Assembly: GCA_024408085.1 (NCBI GenBank) | Contig: JAKSVH010000003.1 | Span: 17,157 to 81,156 of the forward strand | Direction: 5' to 3' | Length of the DNA stretch: 64,000 bases | Source: Bacilli bacterium | Lineage (GTDB): Bacteria; Bacillota_I; Bacilli_A; RFN20; CAG-826 | Shown: positions 9,284-18,854 of the stretch, one piece after another | Numbering within the stretch: the stretch's first letter is position 1 | How the letters are laid out: every line of letters begins with the position of its first letter | Position numbers and translations under genes: made by a program | Notes under the pieces: model-generated | The model's database searches: none | Seen by the model: only the letters and a program-made list of their open reading frames with translations | What the model was told of the DNA's origin: nothing

Positions 9284-10111
9284 TTATTTATTATCGTTGT
9301 GGGAGAACTTACCTGTATGATTCCAGCAGTCATATAATGTTTGTGCTTTGTCATAGGCTTTTTCTCCATCGACACCGAACATAACTTCAGTGACACCAGC
9401 AGAGAATGATTCCTCATAACCATGTCCTTTTGGATTTGCTGGATCTTCATCTAATTCAACAAGAAGAATTGTTGGAGTTAAGAAGTTGTCTGGATCTGAA
9501 GTTTCCATGTATTCAATATCTGTTGCAGCAAGTGGTTTGTTTGTGCAGTATGGTGTTTCCCATGCTCTTGAACCACAGTCTTCAAAGAATGATTGATGGC
9601 GTTCGAGATATTTAACAAATGCTGTTTTGTTTTCTTCAGTTTCGCTTGTTTCTTGGTCTGCAAAGATTGTAACCATATTGAAGTCATAATCTTTTGTTTT
9701 GAAGTCATCGTTACCTTTTAATAAAAGGTCAAATCCTTCTTTTGCAGATTCACAGTTTGGGCATGTTTCTGCAACATAGACCAAGAAGAATTTGTACATT
9801 CTGTTACCTTTTTTATCTTTGATAGCAGATGTATCAGTTGATGAATCGTTCATGACGTTTTCAATGATTGTTGTAAATTTGTCGGCGTCTGAATCAGCTC
9901 CACCTTCGAGAGATTTTTGATAATTGTGGTAGAAAGTTGATGCTGCTTTTTGTGCAGATGAACCTGCTTTGACTGCATCGACGATTGGTTTGATTGAGAA
10001 AATAACGCCGAAGATTAATCCGACGATTAATAAAGGTTGAATCCAAGCTGTTTGCTTAATCCAATCCCAGATCTTTTTAAAGAATGCTCCGATAGCTGCG
10101 ATAATTACCAT
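9284..10111 (-). CDS. Membrane-anchored protein with a thioredoxin-fold-like CxxC domain
   Basis: N-terminal TM helix; CPNC motif in FLVYVAETCPNC; downstream cis-Pro-like LTPTILLV. GGGAGG Shine-Dalgarno. Confidence 0.5.
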   Translation of the reverse strand: MVIIAAIGAFFKKIWDWIKQTAWIQPLLIVGLIFGVIFSIKPIVDAVKAGSSAQKAASTFYHNYQKSLEGGADSDADKFTTIIENVMNDSSTDTSAIKDKKGNRMYKFFLVYVAETCPNCESAKEGFDLLLKGNDDFKTKDYDFNMVTIFADQETSETEENKTAFVKYLERHQSFFEDCGSRAWETPYCTNKPLAATDIEYMETSDPDNFLTPTILLVELDEDPANPKGHGYEESFSAGVTEVMFGVDGEKAYDKAQTLYDCWNHTGKFSHNDNK

Positions 10112-10263
10112 ATTTTAATTGCCTCCCGATAGAACGCTGATATATTTTACCACTATATTTATATAGCAACAAGCACTTTTTTAGGAAGACATTTAATGTC
10201 TCACTTTTATGCGATTTTCTTTGCTTTATACATAAAAATGTATATGATATATCTTGCAAGTAT

Positions 10264-11277
10264 ATGAAAAAAATTGAAAAACTACAAAAAAGAACTAATA
10301 GTTTCTTATATAACCATTTATGGTTAAAATTTATTGTTGATTACGGTTTTGCACTTATTGCAACACTTTTTAGTGCTGCAATATTTGCCTTATGTATTAA
10401 TGTATTTTTAGATCCTGCCGTGCTTGGTGGCGAGTGCGAAGGCATACAAACATTAGTTTCAGGTGGATCATCCGGTGCTGCTCAAGTTTTAAACTTGTTG
10501 TTTACAGTTAATGGAATTACAATCCCGAATAATCCTTCATTGTTGTTTTCAATATTTTATTTACTCATAAACTTGCCGCTTATCTATATCGCATTTAGAT
10601 ATGTTGGAAAACGTTTTGCTATTTTTACAGTCATAAACGTTGGTGCAGTTTTCTTAATGACTAACGCAATGCATGGTCAATTTTTTGTTGAAATTGCTTT
10701 ATTTGTTAATAATCACGGCGGAATGCTTGCTCGTGCATTATTTGCTGGAATGTGCACAGGATTAAGCAGTGCGATTGCGTATAAGATTGATGCTTCTGCT
10801 GGTGGTTTTGACATCATTTCATATTATTTTTCTGAAAGAAAATCAACTCTCGCTGGAAAATATGGAGTCATCATTAATGCTACAATCATTTCAGCCTTTA
10901 CAATCATTACTGCTGTTACAACATCAAAATGGGGAGAAAGCTTAGGATTAATCTTCTTCTCAGCTGTTTATTTATTAACAGTTATGCTTGTTATTGATGT
11001 AATCAATGTTCGTAATAAGAAAGCACAAATTCAAATCATTACCAGAAAGAAAGATTTAGCAAAATTACTTCTCGCAAATATTCCTCACGGCGCTACAGTT
11101 GTTAACGCTAGAGGCGCTTTTAGCGACAATGAAAGTTATATTATTTATATGGTTGTTTCAACTACAGAAATTAAACGTGCTGTTAAAGTTGTTAGAGAGT
11201 TAGATCCAGAAAGCTTTGTTAATGTCACTTCGCTTCACCAAGTTTATGGACACTTCTATATGAAACCAATTAAATAA
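10264..11277 (+). CDS. YitT-family membrane protein (C-terminal DUF2179)
   Basis: Multi-TM N-terminal part with GGFDII, plus a C-terminal soluble domain typical of the YitT family. Confidence 0.75.
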   Translation: MKKIEKLQKRTNSFLYNHLWLKFIVDYGFALIATLFSAAIFALCINVFLDPAVLGGECEGIQTLVSGGSSGAAQVLNLLFTVNGITIPNNPSLLFSIFYLLINLPLIYIAFRYVGKRFAIFTVINVGAVFLMTNAMHGQFFVEIALFVNNHGGMLARALFAGMCTGLSSAIAYKIDASAGGFDIISYYFSERKSTLAGKYGVIINATIISAFTIITAVTTSKWGESLGLIFFSAVYLLTVMLVIDVINVRNKKAQIQIITRKKDLAKLLLANIPHGATVVNARGAFSDNESYIIYMVVSTTEIKRAVKVVRELDPESFVNVTSLHQVYGHFYMKPIK

Positions 11278-11789
11278 TGAAAAAAAGAAATATTTTAAAA
11301 TGGATAATATTTGTAATTGCTATTGCAATTAATCTTTTTATACTTGCAAATTCATTTGTTTCTGGTGATGCATCAACCGTTGAGTCTAGCGCAGTTGTTT
11401 CAACGACCGCTGGAATAGTAAATGGTATTTCGCCAGGATTAGTCAACAATGGGAATTTAGAAGGTTTCACTGGCCTTATAAGAAAACTATTTGGGCACTT
11501 TGGTTTATTTGCTGTTTCTGGTGCGGTTACTACTTGGGCAGCTTACCTATTTTTGAGAGAGACAAAATTCAATAGTTTTTGGTCAATTGGAGGCAACTCT
11601 CTTTTTGTTGGTTTAGTTGTTGCTTTTATTAGCGAATTGATCCAAGTTTTTATGCCGGGAAGAAATGGTTCTGCAGCTGATGTTGTGATTGATATGCTAG
11701 GCTATTTTATTGGGGTTTTGCTGGTGATTTTGATAATTTTCCTCGCAAAAAAGCGAATATCTTCCAAAACAGAGCAAGAAGAAAAGTGA
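11277..11789 (+). CDS. VanZ-family membrane protein
   Basis: Four TM segments with a VanZ-like SELIQVFMPGRNGSAADVVIDMLG motif. Confidence 0.7.
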   Translation: MKKRNILKWIIFVIAIAINLFILANSFVSGDASTVESSAVVSTTAGIVNGISPGLVNNGNLEGFTGLIRKLFGHFGLFAVSGAVTTWAAYLFLRETKFNSFWSIGGNSLFVGLVVAFISELIQVFMPGRNGSAADVVIDMLGYFIGVLLVILIIFLAKKRISSKTEQEEK

Positions 11790-11815
11790 GCCATATTCGA
11801 CTCACTTTTTTATTG
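11782..11815 (+). terminator. Rho-independent terminator after the vanZ-like gene
   Basis: Stem AAAAGTGAG / CTCACTTTT followed by TTTATT. Confidence 0.65.
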
Positions 11816-11822
11816 CAATTTC

Positions 11823-11915
11823 TGGCGGAGGAAAGGGGATTCGAACCCCTGCTAATCTTGCGACTACTATCGGTTTTCGAAACCGACCCCTTCAACCGGG
11901 CTTGGGTATTCCTCC
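11823..11915 (-). tRNA. tRNA-Ser (anticodon CGA)
   Basis: Acceptor GGAGGAA/TTCCTCC, anticodon arm TCGGT-TTCGAAA-ACCGA, long variable arm, encoded CCA. Confidence 0.9.
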
Positions 11916-12030
11916 GTGGAAGATTATAACATAAAAAACATTACTTTATTTACAATTTTCTATAAAATGCATTGTTAGCAACATAAGGCATCAAATCAAA
12001 GATTTTTTAGCTTATTTCTACAAACATACA

Positions 12031-12058
12031 TTGTATAAAGTGCGTAATGTTGTATAAT
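12031..12058 (+). promoter_or_regulatory. Promoter (TTGTAT-16 nt-TATAAT) placing the transcription start on ATG 12065
   Basis: TATAAT at 12053-12058 lies 6 nt before ATG 12065. No Shine-Dalgarno. Confidence 0.5.
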
Positions 12059-12064
12059 ACTTGC

Positions 12065-13792
12065 ATGCGTTCAATGATAAACTTTGATTTTTCAAATCCA
12101 ATTAACATATTAGGCATGGTAGTTATTGCTTCAGCAATAATCGCATTAATTGTTATTTTTATCATGTTCTTAGTTCTTCATTTTTCACAAAAGAAATTTA
12201 TAAACGACATTGAAAATGCATCTAATACATTAAGAATTTACGTTATCGATGTTAAAAACGATAATGTTTCATATTTCAATTCATCACAATTAACTGCTAG
12301 AAAGAGTTCATCTATTACATCTTTCTATAACCAATTCGAATCTCGTGAGAGAGAAAAACTCATTTCTTGGGTTGGTGACCTTTTAGAAAACAAAGAAGCA
12401 GCCAAGTTTCTTGAAATCAAAGTCTTTATTAAGGTTAAGAAAACTTATGTTTCATCTTTACTTCAAGTTCAAAAGATTGATTACAAGAAGCAAATTATTT
12501 ATCTTGAATCCAGATTACTTAAGTTTACAAGTAAAGCTCATAAGAAAGGCGAGCACCATCTTCTTATTTCAAAAGAAGTTCTCGCTAAGAATGTTTTAAG
12601 CAACAATGGTAAAGGTACAACATTCTGTTTCAACTTCTTTAATAAGTTAACAAAGACTTCTGAATTCTCGCGTTTAGCTTACGTTGATATTAAAAATATC
12701 ATGAGCTCATTTATTACCAATACCGTTATGATGACAGAACATCAATATGGTCAAATTATCATCACAAACTTTAATATTAACGCCAAGGTTGATCAATTTG
12801 CATTCATCGAGCAAATTAAAAACAGAATCAATAGATTTTTGCTTATCGAATCATTCGCTGATGAAATTGATTTCACAGTTGGTGTTATTGAGAACCAGGT
12901 TTTCTTCAGAGATGTTAACAGCTTAATCAAAAACGTTTTGTCTTTATCAGAACTTGCAAAAGATGAAGCACAAAGCGTCTTATTCTTTAGCGATAAGAAA
13001 GCAGTTGATGATGAAGAATCTGTTCAACATTATAGAACTGACGTTGAAACAATTATCCAAGACAATAAACTTGGTTATTATTTCCAACCAATCTACAGTT
13101 TCGAAAGAAACCGTGTTATTGGCTATCAAAACAGCGTAGTTCCATTAGATTCCTACTTCAAAAATATTGACGATTTAAAGAATTACGCTTTGCGTACAGA
13201 AGATGACAAAGGATTATTCTCAACAATTGTCAAGAATGCTATTTCTAAATTTGTTCAAGAAAAAGATGATCCAAATGTTCAATTATTCTTACCAATTTCA
13301 TATAACGAAATTAACTATGTTAACAGATCTCTCGGACACATCCCTGGCGTTGAAAACGCCAATATCGTCATTGTTATGAGAGAAAAAGATTTAGGTGCAA
13401 TTCCTGAAGACGAAGGACAAGAATCATTTATTAATGCTGCTCGTTCCTTCAAATCAAAAGGTTATTCAATCGCCCTTGAAATTGATGATGATGTATTAAC
13501 ATTATCACCAAATATTTACGGATTATTTGATTACTTTAACCTTTCTGTTACTTCCCACTTGGAGAAGAAAAATGCAGGTTCCCAACTACCTACATTCCAA
13601 GGCTTAATTGAAAAATTACTTCACTATCAAAAACCTATTGTTGCAATGAATGTTCCAACATGGGACTTAGTTGAATTAGTTTATAAACTTGGAGTTTCGA
13701 TTATTTGTAGTGATGCTATCGCATTACCTGACGAAAATATCGTTCCACTTTCAAGAAAAATATTAACAAAGATTGATAATCTTAAATCATAA
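12065..13792 (+). CDS. Membrane-anchored protein with a degenerate EAL-like C-terminal domain
   Basis: One N-terminal TM helix. The C-terminal region has YFQPIY...RVIGYQNSV in place of QPI...GxEALxR, and EIDDD in place of DDFG. The track start 12047 was rejected because it overlaps the -10. Confidence 0.5.
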   Translation: MRSMINFDFSNPINILGMVVIASAIIALIVIFIMFLVLHFSQKKFINDIENASNTLRIYVIDVKNDNVSYFNSSQLTARKSSSITSFYNQFESREREKLISWVGDLLENKEAAKFLEIKVFIKVKKTYVSSLLQVQKIDYKKQIIYLESRLLKFTSKAHKKGEHHLLISKEVLAKNVLSNNGKGTTFCFNFFNKLTKTSEFSRLAYVDIKNIMSSFITNTVMMTEHQYGQIIITNFNINAKVDQFAFIEQIKNRINRFLLIESFADEIDFTVGVIENQVFFRDVNSLIKNVLSLSELAKDEAQSVLFFSDKKAVDDEESVQHYRTDVETIIQDNKLGYYFQPIYSFERNRVIGYQNSVVPLDSYFKNIDDLKNYALRTEDDKGLFSTIVKNAISKFVQEKDDPNVQLFLPISYNEINYVNRSLGHIPGVENANIVIVMREKDLGAIPEDEGQESFINAARSFKSKGYSIALEIDDDVLTLSPNIYGLFDYFNLSVTSHLEKKNAGSQLPTFQGLIEKLLHYQKPIVAMNVPTWDLVELVYKLGVSIICSDAIALPDENIVPLSRKILTKIDNLKS

Positions 13793-13806
13793 AAGGAGAT
13801 AAATTT

Positions 13807-15234
13807 ATGGATATTAAGAATGATGCAATTACCACACAAGAGCAAGACTTTGCTCAATGGTACACAGATGTATGTAAGAAAGCTGAATTAATGGATTATT
13901 CATCCGTTAAAGGCTTTATTATTTACAGACCTTATGGCTACGCCATTTGGGAACAAATCCAAGCTTATTTGGACAAGAGATTTAAATCAGTAGGTGTAGA
14001 GAATGTCTACATGCCTATGGTTATTCCAGCATCTTTATTCCAAAAGGAAAAAGATCATATTTCTGGTTTTGCTCCTGAAACTTTAGTTTGTACAAAAGGT
14101 GGTGGAGCCACATTAGAAGACGAACTTATTGTAAGACCAACTTCAGAAGTTTTATTCTGTGAACATTACAAAAATATTATTCAATCATATCGTGATCTTC
14201 CAAAACGTTATAACCAATGGTGTTCAGTTGTCCGTTGGGAAAAGACTACACGTCCTTTCTTAAGAGGTAGCGAATTCCTTTGGCAAGAAGGTCATACTAT
14301 GTATGAAACTGAAGAAGAAGCTAGAAAAGATGCTCTTCGTATGCTTGAAATCTATGATGATTTAGGAAGAGATTTGCTTGCTGTTCCATTTGTCAAAGGT
14401 ATCAAGACTGATAAAGAAAAATTTGCTGGTGCAAGAGAAACTTATACCATTGAAGCTTTAATGCCAGATGGAAAAGCACTTCAATCCGGTACAACTCACT
14501 ATTTTGGTGATGGATTTGCTCATGCATTTGGTATTTCATACCAAACAAGAGATCAAAAGATTGCAACTCCGCATCAAACATCATGGGGTGTTTCAACACG
14601 TTTACTTGGTTCCATTATTATGGTTCATGGTGATGACAATGGTTTAGTGCTCCCACCAAAAGTAGCACCAACTCAAGTTGTTATCGTTCCAATTATGCAA
14701 AAGAATCCTGATGTTATGAAGAAGGCTCAAGAATACTACGCAGCACTTCAAAAAGCAGGTGTTAGAGTTAAACTTGATGATTCTGATAAATCACCAGGAT
14801 GGAAATTTGCTGAGCACGAAATGAAAGGTATTCCACTAAGAGTGGAAATTGGCCCAAGAGATGTTGGACAAGGCGTTGCAGTTTTAGCAAAGCGTAATGA
14901 CGGAAGCAAAGTTACAGTCAACGATGCTGATGTTGTTAAAGAAGCAGTTCGTTTACTTGATGTCATCCATGATGAAATGTATAAGAAAGCCTTCAAGTAT
15001 TTACTTGATCACACAACCGAAGTACATTCACTTGATGAATTAGAAGAAGTTCTAAATCGCGGTGGATACGCAAAGGTTATGTGGTGTGGTGATCGAGCAT
15101 GCGAAGATAAGATTAAAGAACTCTATCAAGCTACTGCAAGATGCTTACCATTTGATCAAATTCCATTCGACACAAAATGTGTTGTCTGTGGAAAAGAAGC
15201 AAAGAAAGTTGTCTTCTTCGCTAGAGCTTATTAA
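13807..15234 (+). CDS. proS: Proline--tRNA ligase (archaeal/eukaryote-like short type)
   Basis: Class II motifs, 475 aa, C-terminal Cys cluster ending in ...RAY. AAGGAG Shine-Dalgarno. Confidence 0.93.
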   Translation: MDIKNDAITTQEQDFAQWYTDVCKKAELMDYSSVKGFIIYRPYGYAIWEQIQAYLDKRFKSVGVENVYMPMVIPASLFQKEKDHISGFAPETLVCTKGGGATLEDELIVRPTSEVLFCEHYKNIIQSYRDLPKRYNQWCSVVRWEKTTRPFLRGSEFLWQEGHTMYETEEEARKDALRMLEIYDDLGRDLLAVPFVKGIKTDKEKFAGARETYTIEALMPDGKALQSGTTHYFGDGFAHAFGISYQTRDQKIATPHQTSWGVSTRLLGSIIMVHGDDNGLVLPPKVAPTQVVIVPIMQKNPDVMKKAQEYYAALQKAGVRVKLDDSDKSPGWKFAEHEMKGIPLRVEIGPRDVGQGVAVLAKRNDGSKVTVNDADVVKEAVRLLDVIHDEMYKKAFKYLLDHTTEVHSLDELEEVLNRGGYAKVMWCGDRACEDKIKELYQATARCLPFDQIPFDTKCVVCGKEAKKVVFFARAY

Positions 15235-15237
15235 GCA

Positions 15238-15269
15238 AAAATCCTCGAGTTTTCTCGGGGATTTTCTTT
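15238..15269. terminator. Bidirectional terminator between proS and the NUDIX gene
   Basis: 12-bp stem AAAATCCTCGAG / CTCGGGGATTTT (one G-U pair) with loop TTTT. Confidence 0.7.
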
Positions 15270-15300
15270 AAAATATCTGGGTTTTCCTGGATGTTTTTTA

Positions 15301-15741
15301 TTATTTTAATTTTTTATATATTTCAAGAAAGTCGTTTGATAAAGGATAATTTTCAATCTCATTTTCTTTAATGAAGAAGATGTTTCCTTCCTTGGATGAA
15401 GTTAATTTTCCTTTGTATGATTTTGTTCTAAATAACATTGCTAAGTGACGAACATTATCGCCAAATTCGTTCCACTCAATGTAGCCCCTAGGTTCAAGGT
15501 TTGAAACTTCAAGTCCAGTTTCTTCCTTCATCTCACGAACAACTGCGTCAACAATTAGTTCCTCATCTTCAACGTGTCCGCCAGGAAATGTTAAACCAGG
15601 CCAATCTTTTTTAACTCTGTTTTCAACGAGAAAAGAACCATCATCTTTATAAACCATGCACATGATAGTTAACTTTGTTACTTTTTGATTGTGAGATTTA
15701 TCATTCTTCACAAATTCTTTGTTTACACCGTTTTGAATCAT
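15301..15741 (-). CDS. NUDIX hydrolase
   Basis: Nudix box GGHVEDEELIVDAVVREMKEETGL. Confidence 0.85.
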   Translation of the reverse strand: MIQNGVNKEFVKNDKSHNQKVTKLTIMCMVYKDDGSFLVENRVKKDWPGLTFPGGHVEDEELIVDAVVREMKEETGLEVSNLEPRGYIEWNEFGDNVRHLAMLFRTKSYKGKLTSSKEGNIFFIKENEIENYPLSNDFLEIYKKLK

Positions 15742-15743
15742 TA

Positions 15744-16421
15744 TTAGAAGTCCAAATTGATTAAATTCTTTTTAGATATTTCATAAGTAAGAAATTCAAT
15801 GCCTATTGATGCAACTAAACATCCTACGAACAACAATATTTGTGGAACGAGACTTGTAAATGTTTCAATAATAGCAGGGAATCCCATTGGAATAATCATT
15901 GTGGTAAAGCATGAAAAAATGCAGAAGAATAAAACACCAACTAAAGTTGGTCCAACGATGCTCTTCCCAGATTTATAGAACCAACTTAAGTAAATTAAGT
16001 CTGTTAATGATAATCCTAAAATGAGTATTCCAAATAAGGCAAAGCCTTGTTTGAAATCTAATCCTAAGTTTTGCAGAGTTCCACCAGCTGCTGTAATTTT
16101 TGGGAAAATAACGTAAGTTCTAATTGCTAGCGCGATTAGTAAAACTGTAAAAACCATTGCCTTTAGGAATGTACATGAAACAATTCTAGCTTTAACAACA
16201 TCTTGTTTTCTGATTGGTAAGTTACAAGAATAAAATAAATCGTTTGTTGTTTGTCCCTTGTTGGCTCCTAAGAACAAGAATGTGTATGCAACAATGCAGT
16301 ATATTGCGCCAATAAATGCTGGATAGTTAGGAATTAATCCCATTAATCCAAATAATAAGCAGAAAACATAGCACAGAGGATGGATTGAAAGCTTTAGTTC
16401 TTTAAAAAATAAATTCTTCAT
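15744..16421 (-). CDS. ABC-2-type transporter permease
   Basis: Six predicted TM helices; 20-nt overlap with the upstream ABC ATPase gene. Confidence 0.6.
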   Translation of the reverse strand: MKNLFFKELKLSIHPLCYVFCLLFGLMGLIPNYPAFIGAIYCIVAYTFLFLGANKGQTTNDLFYSCNLPIRKQDVVKARIVSCTFLKAMVFTVLLIALAIRTYVIFPKITAAGGTLQNLGLDFKQGFALFGILILGLSLTDLIYLSWFYKSGKSIVGPTLVGVLFFCIFSCFTTMIIPMGFPAIIETFTSLVPQILLFVGCLVASIGIEFLTYEISKKNLINLDF

Positions 16422-17271
16422 CTTCTTCTCCCTCCTTTTCTTCGTAAACCATAATTGTTTCTAAATCAGGATTAGAAACTTTTAGTTTCTTGCTTAATCC
16501 TTTTGCATCTTCAATACGTACTAAACCAGTGAAAACTTTCTCATCCTTTTTGAAGGAAATAAGTTTGTCTTTGGTTTCTTCAAATGATGAAATATCTCCT
16601 TCAATGTATTTATATCCTGAAATAAATTCGTCCTTTGATTTTGAGGAAATAATTTTGCCTTTTTTAATATAAACAATGTGATCAGCACATTTCTCTAAGT
16701 CAGAAGTAATATGAGTTGAGAAAAGAATACTTCTTTTTCCAGTTTTCACTAAGTTTTTGAAGATGTCAAGAATTTCATCTCTGCTAACTGGATCTAGACC
16801 AGAAGTCGGTTCATCAAGGATCAAAAGTTTTGCATCATGAGAAAGTGCAATTGCAAGATTGTATTTAACTTTCATACCACTTGATAATTCTTTAACTCTC
16901 TTATCTTGATCAAGCATGAACTTTTTACAGATTTTCTCGTAGATATCTTGGTTCCAGTTTTTATAAAAACGAGAGGTAACTTTAGTAAGTTTACCGATTT
17001 TCATATCTGGAAAATAATTGATTTCTGATAGGGAAAATGAGATATCTTGGCGATTTTCTAGTTCATTTTCAAAGAAGTTGTGACCAAATACATGAACCTC
17101 TCCAGAATCAAAATGGAGAAGATTCATCATACCTTTTAAAGTGGTGGTTTTACCTGCGCCGTTACGACCAATGAAACCACAAATACTTCCTTCTTCAATT
17201 GAAAAAGAAACATTGTCTAATTTGAACTTTGGATATGTTTTACAAACATTAATTAATCTAAGCATTTCCAT
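16402..17271 (-). CDS. ABC transporter ATP-binding protein
   Basis: Walker A GRNGAGKTT, signature LSSGMK, Walker B LLILDEPTSGLD. Start moved to ATG 17271, 6 nt after a TATAAT. Confidence 0.9.
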   Translation of the reverse strand: MEMLRLINVCKTYPKFKLDNVSFSIEEGSICGFIGRNGAGKTTTLKGMMNLLHFDSGEVHVFGHNFFENELENRQDISFSLSEINYFPDMKIGKLTKVTSRFYKNWNQDIYEKICKKFMLDQDKRVKELSSGMKVKYNLAIALSHDAKLLILDEPTSGLDPVSRDEILDIFKNLVKTGKRSILFSTHITSDLEKCADHIVYIKKGKIISSKSKDEFISGYKYIEGDISSFEETKDKLISFKKDEKVFTGLVRIEDAKGLSKKLKVSNPDLETIMVYEEKEGEEDEEFIF

Positions 17272-17290
17272 AACCTTATTATATATAAGT

Positions 17291-17320
17291 AAAAGAAAAG
17301 AGACAATATTATTTGTCTCC
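17291..17320 (-). terminator. Terminator after nagB
   Basis: Minus strand GAGACAA-6 nt loop-TTGTCTC followed by TTTTCTTTT. Confidence 0.7.
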
Positions 17321-17341
17321 AATCTTTAAATGTTCTAATAA

Positions 17342-18064
17342 TTATTTACAAAGTGAATATGCATCTTCATCAACATAGACTGTTACATCTGGATGTTTTT
17401 GAAGGATTGAACATGGCATTGATTCATCAATTGGACCTTTGATTAATCCATAGACTGCTTGAGCTTTGTTTTTACCAGTTGCAATAAGAACAATCTTTCT
17501 AGCATTCATTATGGATTTGAGACCCATTGTAACTGCACGTGTTGGAACTTCTGAAATATCATTGAATAAACGAGAGTTATCTTTGATAGTTTGTTCAGTA
17601 AGTTCTGTTTCGTGAGTAAGTGAATCAAATGATGTTCCTGGTTCATTGAATGCGATGTGACCATCGGATCCAATACCGAGAATTTGAATATCAATTCCCC
17701 CAGCTTTTGCAATCATTCCATCATATTCGTTCATGAACTTCTTGTAATCACCAACACCGAGAAGAACGTTTGTGTTCTTTTTGTCGATGTCGATATGATT
17801 GAATAAATTTTCATTCATGAAGTAACGATATGATTGGTTATGAGTTCCCTCTAAACCAACATATTCATCAAGGTTAAATGTTTTACATTTAGCGAATGAA
17901 ACACGGCCTTCTTTATTTGCTTTTGCCATGTTTGCATAAACATCAAGTGGTGATGTTCCGGTTGCAAGTCCTAAGACTGCGTTTGGTTTTTTATTAACAA
18001 CTTCAATGAAGTCTTCTGCAATCATTTTTGAGATGACTTCATTTGTATTTACAACTACTTTCAT
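17342..18064 (-). CDS. nagB: Glucosamine-6-phosphate deaminase
   Basis: GLATGTSP and GIGSDGHIAFNEPG motifs. Confidence 0.92.
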   Translation of the reverse strand: MKVVVNTNEVISKMIAEDFIEVVNKKPNAVLGLATGTSPLDVYANMAKANKEGRVSFAKCKTFNLDEYVGLEGTHNQSYRYFMNENLFNHIDIDKKNTNVLLGVGDYKKFMNEYDGMIAKAGGIDIQILGIGSDGHIAFNEPGTSFDSLTHETELTEQTIKDNSRLFNDISEVPTRAVTMGLKSIMNARKIVLIATGKNKAQAVYGLIKGPIDESMPCSILQKHPDVTVYVDEDAYSLCK

Positions 18065-18081
18065 TTTATTTTGCCTTCTTT

Positions 18082-18744
18082 CTATTTTTTGTCGACAATG
18101 TTGTCTTGAGCTTTAACAATTTTGTTTGCTTTGACTACTCCTCTTAACATTGTGAGTGGATAAACTTGTGTGTTTTGTCCAATAACAGTTCCTGGATTTA
18201 ATACAGATCCACAACCGATATCGGCGTGGTCTCCTAAGAAACCACCGATTTTTCTAAGTCCTGTTTCGTGGTCAACTTCGCCATGAATAACAATGTTTTT
18301 GCCATCGCTCTTAAGGTTTGAAAGAATTGATCCTGCCCCCATATGAGCGAAGTTTCCGATAATGGAATCTCCAACATAGTTATAATGTGGAACTTGAGCG
18401 TGTCTCATTAAGATTGCGTTCTTTAATTCAGAAGAATTACCAACGACAGAATCATCACCAACAATGACAGAACCACGGATATAAGCTCCTGGTCTAATTT
18501 CAACATTGTTTCCAATGATTGTTGGTCCAACAATTGTTGCAGTCTTTGCAATCTTAATGTTTTTACCAACAAGGACATCTTCATCGATTATGGTGAAGCC
18601 ATCAATACCTCTTGCACAAAGTGTCTTGACGTATTCTTTAATACCGCCAAGTAAATCCCAAGGATTTTCTTTCGAAAAAACGTATGAATCAATAAATTCG
18701 ATATCACTTTTTCCAAAGAGATCTTTAACAGCTATCTTGTCCAT
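18082..18744 (-). CDS. Left-handed beta-helix (hexapeptide-repeat) transferase, similar to the GlmU C-terminal domain
   Basis: Tandem hexapeptide repeats (IGNNVEIRPGAYIRGSVIVGDDSVVG...). Confidence 0.6.
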   Translation of the reverse strand: MDKIAVKDLFGKSDIEFIDSYVFSKENPWDLLGGIKEYVKTLCARGIDGFTIIDEDVLVGKNIKIAKTATIVGPTIIGNNVEIRPGAYIRGSVIVGDDSVVGNSSELKNAILMRHAQVPHYNYVGDSIIGNFAHMGAGSILSNLKSDGKNIVIHGEVDHETGLRKIGGFLGDHADIGCGSVLNPGTVIGQNTQVYPLTMLRGVVKANKIVKAQDNIVDKK

Positions 18745-18813
18745 ATTAATGTTCCTTTCGTAGAAAAGACTTAAATATTATCGCATATAGAATGAAAATA
18801 TAAAAAATATTTT

Positions 18814-18842
18814 ATAAAAAAACATCCATTTTATCGGATGTT
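18814..18842 (-). terminator. Terminator downstream of tRNA-Ser(GCT)
   Basis: Stem AACATCC / GGATGTT followed on the minus strand by TTTTTAT. Confidence 0.6.
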
Positions 18843-18854
18843 TTAGTGATTAAG

